Positions 39,801 through 48,321 of a stretch of DNA of 64,000 bases are shown here, piece by piece. The notes under the pieces were generated by a model. That model searched no databases. It was not told the origin of the DNA and saw nothing but the letters and a program-made list of their open reading frames with translations. Source of the stretch: a virus. The translations under genes were made by a program, and so were the position numbers. Each line of letters opens with the position of its first letter. Position 1 is the stretch's first letter. The DNA lies in IMG/VR virus record IMGVR_UViG_3300034106_006471, positions 1 through 64,000 of that record, one strand, 5' to 3'.

Positions 39801-40566
39801 AGTTACTCCAACAGTAACGACAACTCCAACCAATACTGTTACTCCAACTAAAACGCTAAATTGTAATAATTGTAGTAATAATCTTATATTGAATGGAGAT
39901 TTTGAACAAGGATCTCTAGGAGGTCCTACGGGTATAGGAGGAACAGTAACTAGTTGGTCCCTAAGCGATTATTCTGTAATTCGCTCATTATCCTATAGTC
40001 TTTCACAAGAACCATTAAATAGATGGATAGCCTTGGGCAAGTGTGAATTATTGGTTGTAGCTGATCAAAATCTGGTCCAAATACGAAAGGGATCTATTCA
40101 ACAATCGATAAGTGGTCTTACTACAGGACAATCGTATATTATTAATTTTAAATTAACAGGGTTTCTTTATAGTAACCCAGAACTAAGTGGACCTTATTCA
40201 TCACCACCATCATGTTTACTATCGGTAATAGGAAATAACACAGTAAGTCAAAATTATACTGTTAATTCACCTTGTGGAGTAAGCACGCCGCAATCATATC
40301 AGAGTATGGGTTGGCTTGATAAAAGTTATGTCTTTACAGCAGACAGGTCATTCATAACAATCAAATTTGAAAACTCGAACTCGTGTTCTACTAATTGTGA
40401 TTGTTGCATGCCCGCTATAGACTGTGTTTGTATAACACAAATAACACCAACTGCTACTCCAACTAATAGTGAAACTCCTACTACTACTCCAACTAATACT
40501 CTTACTCCATTTTTAACGCCATCAATTACTCCAACAAATAGTTTGACTCCCACAAAAATAAATTAA
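36820..40566 (+). CDS. Multidomain adhesin-like virion protein (two permuted FGE-like domains, PT repeat, DUF642/choice-of-anchor-C-like domain)
   Basis: YDISGQVYEW and YDMDGNVWE, RGG, GFRV/SFRV, LPSEDEWYKAAYY and LPSENEWYKTAYY. NLILNGDFEQG...IQQSISGLTTGQSYIINF...YVFTA...PAIDCV is a galactose-binding-like domain. Confidence 0.7.
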   Translation: MQYNNYAHIELKIISKNKNTIGNSANYKNLAKWNDSYEGNVTSVTSNGDPSYYGLYDISGQVYEWTETSSTEHKELKICRGGCYADTNPASLSKNNRKKFHYDSMLNEGFFGFRVASINTSDINILNYLVPVADEQNIPDNCANNSIGQVNYTYGISSRLIDNSRYCEFLNFVDPEGSNNYQLYDERMGSSPIGGILYIKCNEIGNKYIVKSMMTNKPVTFIKWKMAARYINWLNNDLSSINLDNGTYNLLSDNIVRSPDAKYFLPSEDEWYKAAYYDPNKNGPNKPGYWNYGTKSDNDPLAILCNDYGDPTGIEGLQDSVKTFPIFVNKNYDISKDNLCPSISISGQNIIPSGHIHTVNSTITNLKYGMAYSYNFASSFANWPCKITPLSGIFTAYGDTQEINAILEFCPKNYDDITICNSNLAYHNVNEKTNNSLINLELKVVSNNCIDGSRSNLLIESSGLPSIVSRNKYLNIKFLDSEDNTITVSGNLCCEPIPIVVSMSGHKPGDLYTYELSSSSPSVKLIPHTGIVSFGSGIGKITSFAIGLNNNVSVLSARVNKKNSADIASSDQVLLQCIRDCAKSCDNHANFDNKAKWGICVPDCSNVYNSPVRNSASVTTVGTNGGPSEYGTYDMDGNVWEAVHSANLNANPASFKLRGGHFGSSQIGKNVSSVYNNLSADNISFRVGSYTNPYNYVNMVHVADIGSLPSGNKPDSNGFGSVPYTFKMSKYPVTNDDYVSFLNNVASTGITLTQSNYVYDSAMSGCYGGINRVPNGNNFSYSAQPCMGNKSVRFVNSYGILKYINWLNNNKPNGWNTSNSGTYLLNSDGVITSGNRSTCAEYFLPSENEWYKTAYYKGGNTNNTNANYWTYATRSNVDPESVRASDCGDGIKEDCEPEPIPTTTVTPTKTETPTVTPTRTATPTVTPTRTATPTVTPTVTTTSTVTPTVTTTSTVTPTVTTTSTVTPTVTTTSTVTPTVTTTSTVTPTVTTTSTVTPTVTTTPTNTVTPTKTLNCNNCSNNLILNGDFEQGSLGGPTGIGGTVTSWSLSDYSVIRSLSYSLSQEPLNRWIALGKCELLVVADQNLVQIRKGSIQQSISGLTTGQSYIINFKLTGFLYSNPELSGPYSSPPSCLLSVIGNNTVSQNYTVNSPCGVSTPQSYQSMGWLDKSYVFTADRSFITIKFENSNSCSTNCDCCMPAIDCVCITQITPTATPTNSETPTTTPTNTLTPFLTPSITPTNSLTPTKIN
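39541..39830 (+). repeat. 30-nt tandem repeat array encoding TVTTTSTVTP-type units
   Basis: acagtaacgacaacctcaacagttactcc(c/a) occurs six times at 39631-39810. It is preceded by two acaagaacagcaaccccaacagttactcca units and one variant. Confidence 0.95.
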
Positions 40567-40710
40567 AATATTATGCATTCTTCTAAAATAAATAAAAATA
40601 ATATATACTATATCAGAGAAGTGAGTACAGATTTTTTGCTAAACAATAGTGATATTGTAACCATGATGATATCATAAATATACGAAGAAACCCACACAAG
40701 ATTAAAAAAT

Positions 40711-42570
40711 ATGCATATTAACAATCTACTCAATACTGATACTTTTTTAGATGATTTTTATGCATTCTCGGCTGGAAACAGACCTGTTGAGATTAAGTGG
40801 AATAATACATCTATTCACACTATAACTGGACCAACTCCTTTTGTTGATATTTCTAGAACTTTCGAAGATAGTAGTTCTACAGTTCCTAGTATTGTTATTG
40901 ATAATATTACTTTAAGTGGTAAAATTATCAAAGAGTCTGGAGCTGGTATCTCTTATGTTATGAGCGGTATTAGTGGGTTACAAAATCTATTTAGTGGATG
41001 CCCCACATCAAAATTAGATATTATTTGTGATTCTAATACTTTATTTAGTATAAGTGGAGCTAGAGTAAAGGATATTTCTTTTAGCAAAACAGAAGATAAT
41101 TGGGTTAGAAGTGCTGATTATACTATTTCACTAGAGCGTAGAACAGCAATTAATAGTCAGGAACAAGTAGAAGATAAATCAGAATCTTGGAGTATAGAAC
41201 CACTAGATGATATAATATATACAAATTTTACTAGATCTGTTGATGCTAAAACAGAAAATACTCCAAGTCCTTTTCGTAGTGCGGGCAGTAGTAATGCTGT
41301 TGGAGGAGGTCGTTTTGGGGGTAATTCTTTACAAATATTTAATTTACCACAATACAGAATATCCAGAAGACTATCGGCTAAGGGAATTCCTATCGCAACA
41401 GGATCGAATTGTTCAACTAGTTCTACTGAAGTTCTTAAAGTTGCCCTACAGTCTGCTAAAAAGTGGGTACAACAACAAAGTTCTGGTACATTTAGTGCTA
41501 GTGGTTCTATTTATTTAGTTAATCCATATGCAAATACTTGGCTATATAATCATGTTAGAACCGTAAATGCTGATGTATATAATTCTACTTACGAAATAAA
41601 TGATTCTTGGCTAGCAATGCCGTCTGGCATACCATATACAGAAACTTTTACTATAGATGCTTCAACTGATGCTGAAAATAATAAAACGGTCAGAGTTGCT
41701 GGGAATATTCAAGGATTAAGCTTAATGCCATCCGGAAACATGAACCATTCACCATTAAGCGGCACTAATTCAAATGAGATCAATTTATCTTATAGCATGA
41801 ATGCTGGAACTAGTCAATCTTTATCTTATCCAAATGCTGGGGCAGGAAATAGTCAAATAACAACTATGGATGATTTTAAATACAACAATGCTTTACAGGC
41901 TTGGATGAAAGATATTAAACCATATCTTTATAGACGAGCATGTTCAGCAATAAATAGCGAAGACAGAACATATGAACCTATTAATAATTTGGAACCATCA
42001 AACCCTCCTCCTAATCCAATTTATACCAGAGAATCATTACTAAATGTTACACCAACAAGTACCAGCGAAGGACACGATCCTATTAAAGGAACTATTTCTT
42101 ATAGTCACGAATTTAATAATAAGCTACAATTGATTGCAGGAACCCTTAGCGAAAATATAAGGATAAGTAATACCGCACCCACAGACAGCATACAAGAAAT
42201 ACAAGTAATAGGCAGAGCTTTAGGTCCTATATTATTTAGCGCAGGACGAACAAATGCTAGAAAAACAATTTCGGTGGATATTGTTGTATCTAAACCAACA
42301 GGCATAAAAGGCACATTAATGTCAGAGACTGTTTGCCCTATGTATACTGGAGGTTTTCTTTGGACAACAGTAAATCAATTAATAAGCGGAAATGCTCCAT
42401 TTGCTAATAGAACAACTAGTTTTTTTGATAATGCTACAAGCCAAACAGATGGATCAGTATTTAAGGAAAGTGATAGCGAAGATTGGAGTCCTACAGATGG
42501 AAGATATAGCAGAAGCGTAAGCTGGATTTATCAGCAATGTTCAACAAATAAATTTTATTTAGATCATTAA
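40711..42570 (+). CDS. Putative tail tip / distal tail-like structural protein
   Basis: 619 aa, beta-rich, with repeated short modules (ITLSGKI, YTISLE, VRVAGNIQGL, GTISYSHEF). Position is downstream of the TMP. Function is inferred. Confidence 0.45.
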   Translation: MHINNLLNTDTFLDDFYAFSAGNRPVEIKWNNTSIHTITGPTPFVDISRTFEDSSSTVPSIVIDNITLSGKIIKESGAGISYVMSGISGLQNLFSGCPTSKLDIICDSNTLFSISGARVKDISFSKTEDNWVRSADYTISLERRTAINSQEQVEDKSESWSIEPLDDIIYTNFTRSVDAKTENTPSPFRSAGSSNAVGGGRFGGNSLQIFNLPQYRISRRLSAKGIPIATGSNCSTSSTEVLKVALQSAKKWVQQQSSGTFSASGSIYLVNPYANTWLYNHVRTVNADVYNSTYEINDSWLAMPSGIPYTETFTIDASTDAENNKTVRVAGNIQGLSLMPSGNMNHSPLSGTNSNEINLSYSMNAGTSQSLSYPNAGAGNSQITTMDDFKYNNALQAWMKDIKPYLYRRACSAINSEDRTYEPINNLEPSNPPPNPIYTRESLLNVTPTSTSEGHDPIKGTISYSHEFNNKLQLIAGTLSENIRISNTAPTDSIQEIQVIGRALGPILFSAGRTNARKTISVDIVVSKPTGIKGTLMSETVCPMYTGGFLWTTVNQLISGNAPFANRTTSFFDNATSQTDGSVFKESDSEDWSPTDGRYSRSVSWIYQQCSTNKFYLDH

Positions 42571-42611
42571 TTAATTTAACTTTATAAAGTATAGTATAAT
42601 AGAGGACAATT

Positions 42612-45600
42612 ATGCCCCAGTGCTCAAATAGCTCTAATAATATTTTAGCTCAACAAATGTTTTTAGGAGCTAGTATTAGTTCTTTTTCTTGTAATAATGG
42701 GTGGGGTGGAAGCACATCATCGTTAAATATTGAACTAGTTAATGATTTTGGATCAGCAGGAATGTGTTATGCAACAAATACAGATATTCCTGATCGAAAT
42801 GTTATTGTAGTTAGTGGATCTGGGTTTGATCAGGATGATCATTTTTATACCTGTGAAGGAGACAATTGTTATGTTGATGAAAAAGGTAACGCTTATGACG
42901 AAAATGCTGGAAGCAAACAGCGTATAATTCCTGGAAAAGTTTATCATTTTTTAGGAGCTGACGGCTTAAAGGCCAGATACTGGCGCAAACATGATCCTGG
43001 TTTTTTTGGAGATGCTACATTAATAGATACAGAAGGAGTATACAATCCTAGTATTCGTAATAATCCATTTAAATATAATATTATAGGAGTTCCAGCTTAT
43101 TTTCGTTATGGATATTTTACATTTGGAGGAATTATTCAATCTTGGGAAAAAACTCTTAATACCGGACCAGGAACATATACTGTTAATTTAGTTTCTGCTG
43201 ATGATCTTCTTAGTCGTTGTTACATGATTTTAGATAATTATATTGGATCTATTTTCAGTAAATTTACTAGCAGTACTGTTAACATACCAGGATTTAGTGC
43301 TGTTCAACCAGGAGTACCTACTAACTATACTGGTAATATGGCAACTTTTCTTGGAAATTTAAAAGAAGGTAATATTCCTAATGTTTTTAATGTATATGGG
43401 TTTTTAGAAAACTATGGTTTTGGAGTTTCAGAAAAAAATGACCAAGGAATTCCTATATCTTTTATTATAAAATCTTTGTCTGTTCTTACATCATCTAATA
43501 ATAAAGATTTGTCTAATCAAGCAGCTTTTTCTCCTTTTGGAAGAATAATAGCTCCTATTCCTTTAACAGACAATGGTAATCCTATTCCTATTGATCAAAC
43601 TTTTAATAATTATGGTTTTGGTATATGTGATATTGTTACTAGCAATGATAACATAAATCGTTGCGAATTTATTCTTGATCTTTCAGAATTACCGGTGCCT
43701 CCCAAAGATGTTAGGTTAGACACTAGCAATACACACATTTCTGTATTAGATTTCATCAGGCAAGTTTGTGATAAGACTGGTAGAGATTTTTATACTACAA
43801 TTATTAGAAAAAATAGTTTAAACGTGATAAAAATCAAAACTATCAATAGAACACAACCAGTACAGTCTAATTCTGTATCTTCTATAATCCAAAGTTTAAC
43901 TAATTCAAATATTCCAACAACAGCAGCATCAGTAGGACAAGAACACAATACAGCAACACCAAAAGTTCTATACATAGGAGCTAAACAGCAAAGATTGTAT
44001 CAGACTAAAAATTATTTGTTGGGATATTTACAGTCTAGCTATGTTTATAATCCAATATCAGGAGATTTTATTAAATACAAAGATATAGGAAGCTGTAAAA
44101 TCCCTTCAGCATATTCTACGAGAAATGTTACTTTATCAGAAAAAATTTTTCAAGATAATCCAGATATATCGAATATTTTTACTCAGGAGCAAAAATTTAC
44201 AGAATCCGATCCTGATCTTAGTGATACTCTATTTTTCGATAACGACGTGTCTGACAACCCTACTGAGCCAAGAGTAGGCAATTATGATGTAACTATAAAA
44301 TATGATGATAATAGTTTATCTTCTGATAGTAATATTAGATATATTCCACTAAATAAAAATAGTATTAGTCCATTTTTTGGCTATACTTTTGATCAGTCTA
44401 TTGATATAGATATGTCAGATGGTAATACTTACAGATTTATTAGGCCAGTATATTATGATATTTGGACAGGACAATTGGCTGTTAATATGTCTATCTCAGA
44501 GTTGCCCGTGTTGTCAATAGGAAGAATGCCACCCGTAGGTACATACCAACAATCTGCTGGTTTACCATCTTCTACAGGTTCTGGAGTGGTAGGAGCAGAA
44601 AATGGACAAGGAATCGCATCAGGCTCAAATCAATTGGATCCACCGTCACAAGACCAAGTTAGAATAGAAGATGATGCAATATCAACAACGCCTTCAAGAA
44701 CAGTAACTCGTCCAGTTATTGATTTTATTATTACAGAAAGCGAAATGAGAGCAGCAATGAAAGGGTGGGAAAATTATTTAGCTTACTGTACCGCAAAATT
44801 AAGTTTTACCAAACCAGACTTATTTTTAATGCTTGTATATACTTATACACGTATGGGTAAGCTTATAGGTCCTACCAATCCTGTTGTTGATATTAATATT
44901 GGTAATGGAGTTCTTGGAAGTAGTTCTCAACCAGTATCAAATCTTAATGTTTCTGGGGAAGCAAAACAACCTTCCGGAAATGATCCTCCAAAATCAACAT
45001 ATAAACAATTGGGAATAAATTTTAATTTGATGTTAAATCATGAATTTATTAAAGATTTGCAAATTATCTCAAATTTTATTGCACAAATAGGAGACGAATA
45101 CTATGGTAAAAAATATTTGGTAAGATTACCAACCGTTAGATCTTATAGAGATAGACAAAATCCTGATATTCAGATTCCTGCTGGGAGCAATAATATTTCT
45201 GTATATCAAGGTAGTGGAAAAATTTATTTTGATTACGAACCAGTAGATGGGGCTTGGGAGGAACATGGTAATTATATAGATGGAGAAATAGAAGTAGGAA
45301 GTGCAAATTATTATAAATTAATAGATAATAATAATCTTATTAAGCCTCTGCTAGGATATAATGCTTCTTATAATAAGGATTTTGCTACAACAGCATGGTG
45401 TAATGTTAGTCTCGAAGATAAGAAAAAGGCTATTTTAGCTTCTATGCTTCCAACAACGCCTCTAGGAGAAGCTATAGCTTTAAGAAATAGAATAGGTCGC
45501 GCTCTCGGAGAATGTGGTACTAAATTAGTTCCTTCATTAAACTTCTCAAATCTATCTGATTATTTATTAACAGATGTTAGTGGAACAGTTAAAGACGCTT

Positions 45601-48320
45601 TTGATGAAGATGTTCCTGATGCCATAAGACAAAAGTTATACTTGCCATGTAGTTTGACAAATCAAATGGCTTTTTTAGATCCTATTAATTTAATTAATCC
45701 TGTAGCAATTATGGATGCTGGACAAGGAATTGATTTATATAGTTCTAGTTATTCTTATACAGAAGATCCTAATTTGACTGTCATATCTAATGCGGCTTCC
45801 GAAGATTTTGCGTACATATCTAAGAATGAGCAGGAAGTGCGCAGATTCTTAAATAAAATTCCAAATAGCAATATCAATATCGATAAACTTAAAGAAATTT
45901 TATTAAATAGTATTATCCCTATTAATAGTCAAGGATATCTGGTATCGGAAGGAGATACTAGCAATCAACAAAGAAAACACATAATGATTAGTCCTAAAAA
46001 AGCCCACCCAATTTATGCTGGCGTCCCTTTAAAATCGAATGTGAATTGCTACGGTCCTTGGACAAATTATCCATCTCTAGCGGATCAAACTGTTTTATTT
46101 CCTGGTATCAACGATACAAACAATCTTTTAGAGCATATGATATCTGATGTAAAAATAGAACAAAAAGATGATTTAAATCCTTGGACTTATGGAGGCATGG
46201 CATTTTTAGATAAGGTTGTGGTTTATGATATAATTAATAATTTAACATATCAAACTAGATTAGAACAGGGTTCGTTGTCTGTAGCATCTTTACCTATTTT
46301 TGGTTTGGCTGGCAATCTTAGTATTCAACAAACAGATAGTGATTTTCATACTCTAAATAATACAAACACGTTTTTGGGATATGAATACTCAACTATAGAT
46401 GCTCCATCGTATAATGGATTAGTAATTTCTAGTTTAAATATTAGTGTTTCTAGCAATACTCTTAGTACATCATATACATTTAGAACATATTCTCCAAAAT
46501 TAGGTTTATTTAGCAAAGAAAATTCTGACAGGGTTAAGAATTTTACAAATTCTATTTCTGTTGTTAATCGTAAAATAGCTCAAACTACTAAAAATCTAGA
46601 AAATTCTGTTCGAAAACAATTAAGTAGTATTATCGAAAGCTCTAAAACCAATAGAAAATCTACTAGTCTTTCGGAATATGAATCTAAAATTTACGCGGCT
46701 AGTCCTACACAATTACTTATTGGAAAAGCATCACATTATATTCCAAATCAAACAGGAGTTATTAACAATACTGGTATCTCCACTAGTTGGGCGGGAATGT
46801 TTGTTCCTGATGAAGCTCTATCTGAGCTAAGTAAACAATATAGTTCGAAGGCCGTTATGAGTATGGATGGCTTGTTTTCTCCCGTGTCTTTATATCCTAC
46901 AGAAGATAATTCAACTTTTGCAATATCTTCTCGTGCAATAACATCTAATTTAGCATCAAGATCTATTACTTGTCCAAGATGCAATAATACTGGGAAAATT
47001 ACTGGAAGCAAAAAGTCTATAAATATAGCAGGACAGCCTACTGATATAGAATACCCTTGCCCATTATGTTCTAAAAGTAAAGTATTTGGAGAAAAACCAT
47101 CCGGTTCGGTCGATACTAATAATTCTAGTCCTATTATTAATTTAATAACATTAAATCCGTTATGTTTATCCAGTGGAGAATTTAGAAATTTTAATTCACA
47201 ATCTGGAGATCCTAGTAGATATAATATTAGAGTTGTTGGAAGATCGGATATTATGCCAACAGGAACAGATCATAGTTTAGATAGCTTTCTTAATATTAAT
47301 AGTCCAGAGATAACAGATTTAAATTTTGGAGAAGAGGATAAGGCTTATCAACAGATATACTCTAGTGGTAGCAATACAATAAAAATATTAAATAATCATA
47401 GATTTTTTGCTCATAGAGGACCACTAATGCTTCACGGATGGGGCTACGACCAGGATGGATATCCAATTCCTAATGAAGCGGATGAGGTAAAAGAAGTAGA
47501 TGGTGAAGGTAGGCCAAAAAGATTCTTTTTGACAACATCAGGAACAAATGATCTTACTCTTGATGGTGGTTTTCTTCCAACATCTACTCAAAAACTAGGA
47601 GATATTATAGGTAAAGGATGGAAAAAAGAAAATGGCCAATGGACAAGAAAGCCGTCTAAGAAATTTTATATGAATTGGTCAGAAAGACCGGATTTATGGC
47701 CAATAGGTCCGGTTGATCTTAGGTGGGATTATGAGAATAAAATTTGGACGGGAGGCGGAGGAGGTTGTAATAATGCCGATCCGCCATATATTATTGCTTC
47801 TGGTACTAATAATAGTATTTTATCAGAATTTATATCTGAAGCTAGTACTCCTAAAAAGAAATGCTCTTATAAAATGGTCTATGGTATTTTAGAACAAGAT
47901 TTAGTTAAAATAGATAATTATATGGAAACTTCACCAACACGAGCATTTTTAGATGATTTAGAATATGGTTTAAAACCATTGCCAGAAAATATTAGAAGAT
48001 TAATATATATTGTTGATAGAACAGGATATAGTGCTCCTAGAGGAGCAAAAATGTTATTGAGATACAACACAGATACTGGATTTTATGAACCAGTTAGTAA
48101 ACAACAATACATAGTATTTGGAACCATCAACAGTAATAATTCTGCTACGGTAGAATTTAATTATATGCCAGGATTTAGAGCAGGAGATGCCACATACCGA
48201 GGAATAATAAATTATGCGAACCCCCTAAATCTGCAACAGACTAGTAATGCGACAGGATCAACAAGGCGCGGTGCTTTTATGTATGATAATTCTAGATGGA
48301 ATTTAATAGCTATAGGATAA
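42612..48320 (+). CDS. Large tail tip/hub-like protein with CxxC..CxxC Zn finger
   Basis: 1902 aa. N-terminal FLGASISSFSCNNGWGGSTSSLNIELV...FTFGGIIQSW...YTVNL is hub-like. CPRCNNTG...CPLCS at ~46971-47070. GAGG RBS. Confidence 0.55.
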   Translation: MPQCSNSSNNILAQQMFLGASISSFSCNNGWGGSTSSLNIELVNDFGSAGMCYATNTDIPDRNVIVVSGSGFDQDDHFYTCEGDNCYVDEKGNAYDENAGSKQRIIPGKVYHFLGADGLKARYWRKHDPGFFGDATLIDTEGVYNPSIRNNPFKYNIIGVPAYFRYGYFTFGGIIQSWEKTLNTGPGTYTVNLVSADDLLSRCYMILDNYIGSIFSKFTSSTVNIPGFSAVQPGVPTNYTGNMATFLGNLKEGNIPNVFNVYGFLENYGFGVSEKNDQGIPISFIIKSLSVLTSSNNKDLSNQAAFSPFGRIIAPIPLTDNGNPIPIDQTFNNYGFGICDIVTSNDNINRCEFILDLSELPVPPKDVRLDTSNTHISVLDFIRQVCDKTGRDFYTTIIRKNSLNVIKIKTINRTQPVQSNSVSSIIQSLTNSNIPTTAASVGQEHNTATPKVLYIGAKQQRLYQTKNYLLGYLQSSYVYNPISGDFIKYKDIGSCKIPSAYSTRNVTLSEKIFQDNPDISNIFTQEQKFTESDPDLSDTLFFDNDVSDNPTEPRVGNYDVTIKYDDNSLSSDSNIRYIPLNKNSISPFFGYTFDQSIDIDMSDGNTYRFIRPVYYDIWTGQLAVNMSISELPVLSIGRMPPVGTYQQSAGLPSSTGSGVVGAENGQGIASGSNQLDPPSQDQVRIEDDAISTTPSRTVTRPVIDFIITESEMRAAMKGWENYLAYCTAKLSFTKPDLFLMLVYTYTRMGKLIGPTNPVVDINIGNGVLGSSSQPVSNLNVSGEAKQPSGNDPPKSTYKQLGINFNLMLNHEFIKDLQIISNFIAQIGDEYYGKKYLVRLPTVRSYRDRQNPDIQIPAGSNNISVYQGSGKIYFDYEPVDGAWEEHGNYIDGEIEVGSANYYKLIDNNNLIKPLLGYNASYNKDFATTAWCNVSLEDKKKAILASMLPTTPLGEAIALRNRIGRALGECGTKLVPSLNFSNLSDYLLTDVSGTVKDAFDEDVPDAIRQKLYLPCSLTNQMAFLDPINLINPVAIMDAGQGIDLYSSSYSYTEDPNLTVISNAASEDFAYISKNEQEVRRFLNKIPNSNINIDKLKEILLNSIIPINSQGYLVSEGDTSNQQRKHIMISPKKAHPIYAGVPLKSNVNCYGPWTNYPSLADQTVLFPGINDTNNLLEHMISDVKIEQKDDLNPWTYGGMAFLDKVVVYDIINNLTYQTRLEQGSLSVASLPIFGLAGNLSIQQTDSDFHTLNNTNTFLGYEYSTIDAPSYNGLVISSLNISVSSNTLSTSYTFRTYSPKLGLFSKENSDRVKNFTNSISVVNRKIAQTTKNLENSVRKQLSSIIESSKTNRKSTSLSEYESKIYAASPTQLLIGKASHYIPNQTGVINNTGISTSWAGMFVPDEALSELSKQYSSKAVMSMDGLFSPVSLYPTEDNSTFAISSRAITSNLASRSITCPRCNNTGKITGSKKSINIAGQPTDIEYPCPLCSKSKVFGEKPSGSVDTNNSSPIINLITLNPLCLSSGEFRNFNSQSGDPSRYNIRVVGRSDIMPTGTDHSLDSFLNINSPEITDLNFGEEDKAYQQIYSSGSNTIKILNNHRFFAHRGPLMLHGWGYDQDGYPIPNEADEVKEVDGEGRPKRFFLTTSGTNDLTLDGGFLPTSTQKLGDIIGKGWKKENGQWTRKPSKKFYMNWSERPDLWPIGPVDLRWDYENKIWTGGGGGCNNADPPYIIASGTNNSILSEFISEASTPKKKCSYKMVYGILEQDLVKIDNYMETSPTRAFLDDLEYGLKPLPENIRRLIYIVDRTGYSAPRGAKMLLRYNTDTGFYEPVSKQQYIVFGTINSNNSATVEFNYMPGFRAGDATYRGIINYANPLNLQQTSNATGSTRRGAFMYDNSRWNLIAIG

Positions 48321-48321
48321 T

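Noticed and set aside
39541-39830. 30-nt repeats as a CRISPR array
   Set aside because: Units are contiguous with no unique spacers, lie in frame within a CDS, and no cas genes are present.
35617-40553. Val/Gly-rich minus-strand ORFs (35617-35943, 39429-39833, 40326-40553)
   Set aside because: These are antisense shadows of the Thr/Pro repeats, as are the other short ORFs nested in long genes.
40573-40710. 34-codon ORF in frame with 40711, separated by one TAA (possible readthrough or recoding)
   Set aside because: TAA is the dominant genuine stop throughout, and the very long ORFs show no sign of stop reassignment. It may be a tiny gene or chance.
42579-42590. 12-bp palindrome actttataaagt before the hub-like gene
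   Set aside because: Short AT-rich palindromes are expected by chance at this composition, and I noticed no second copy.
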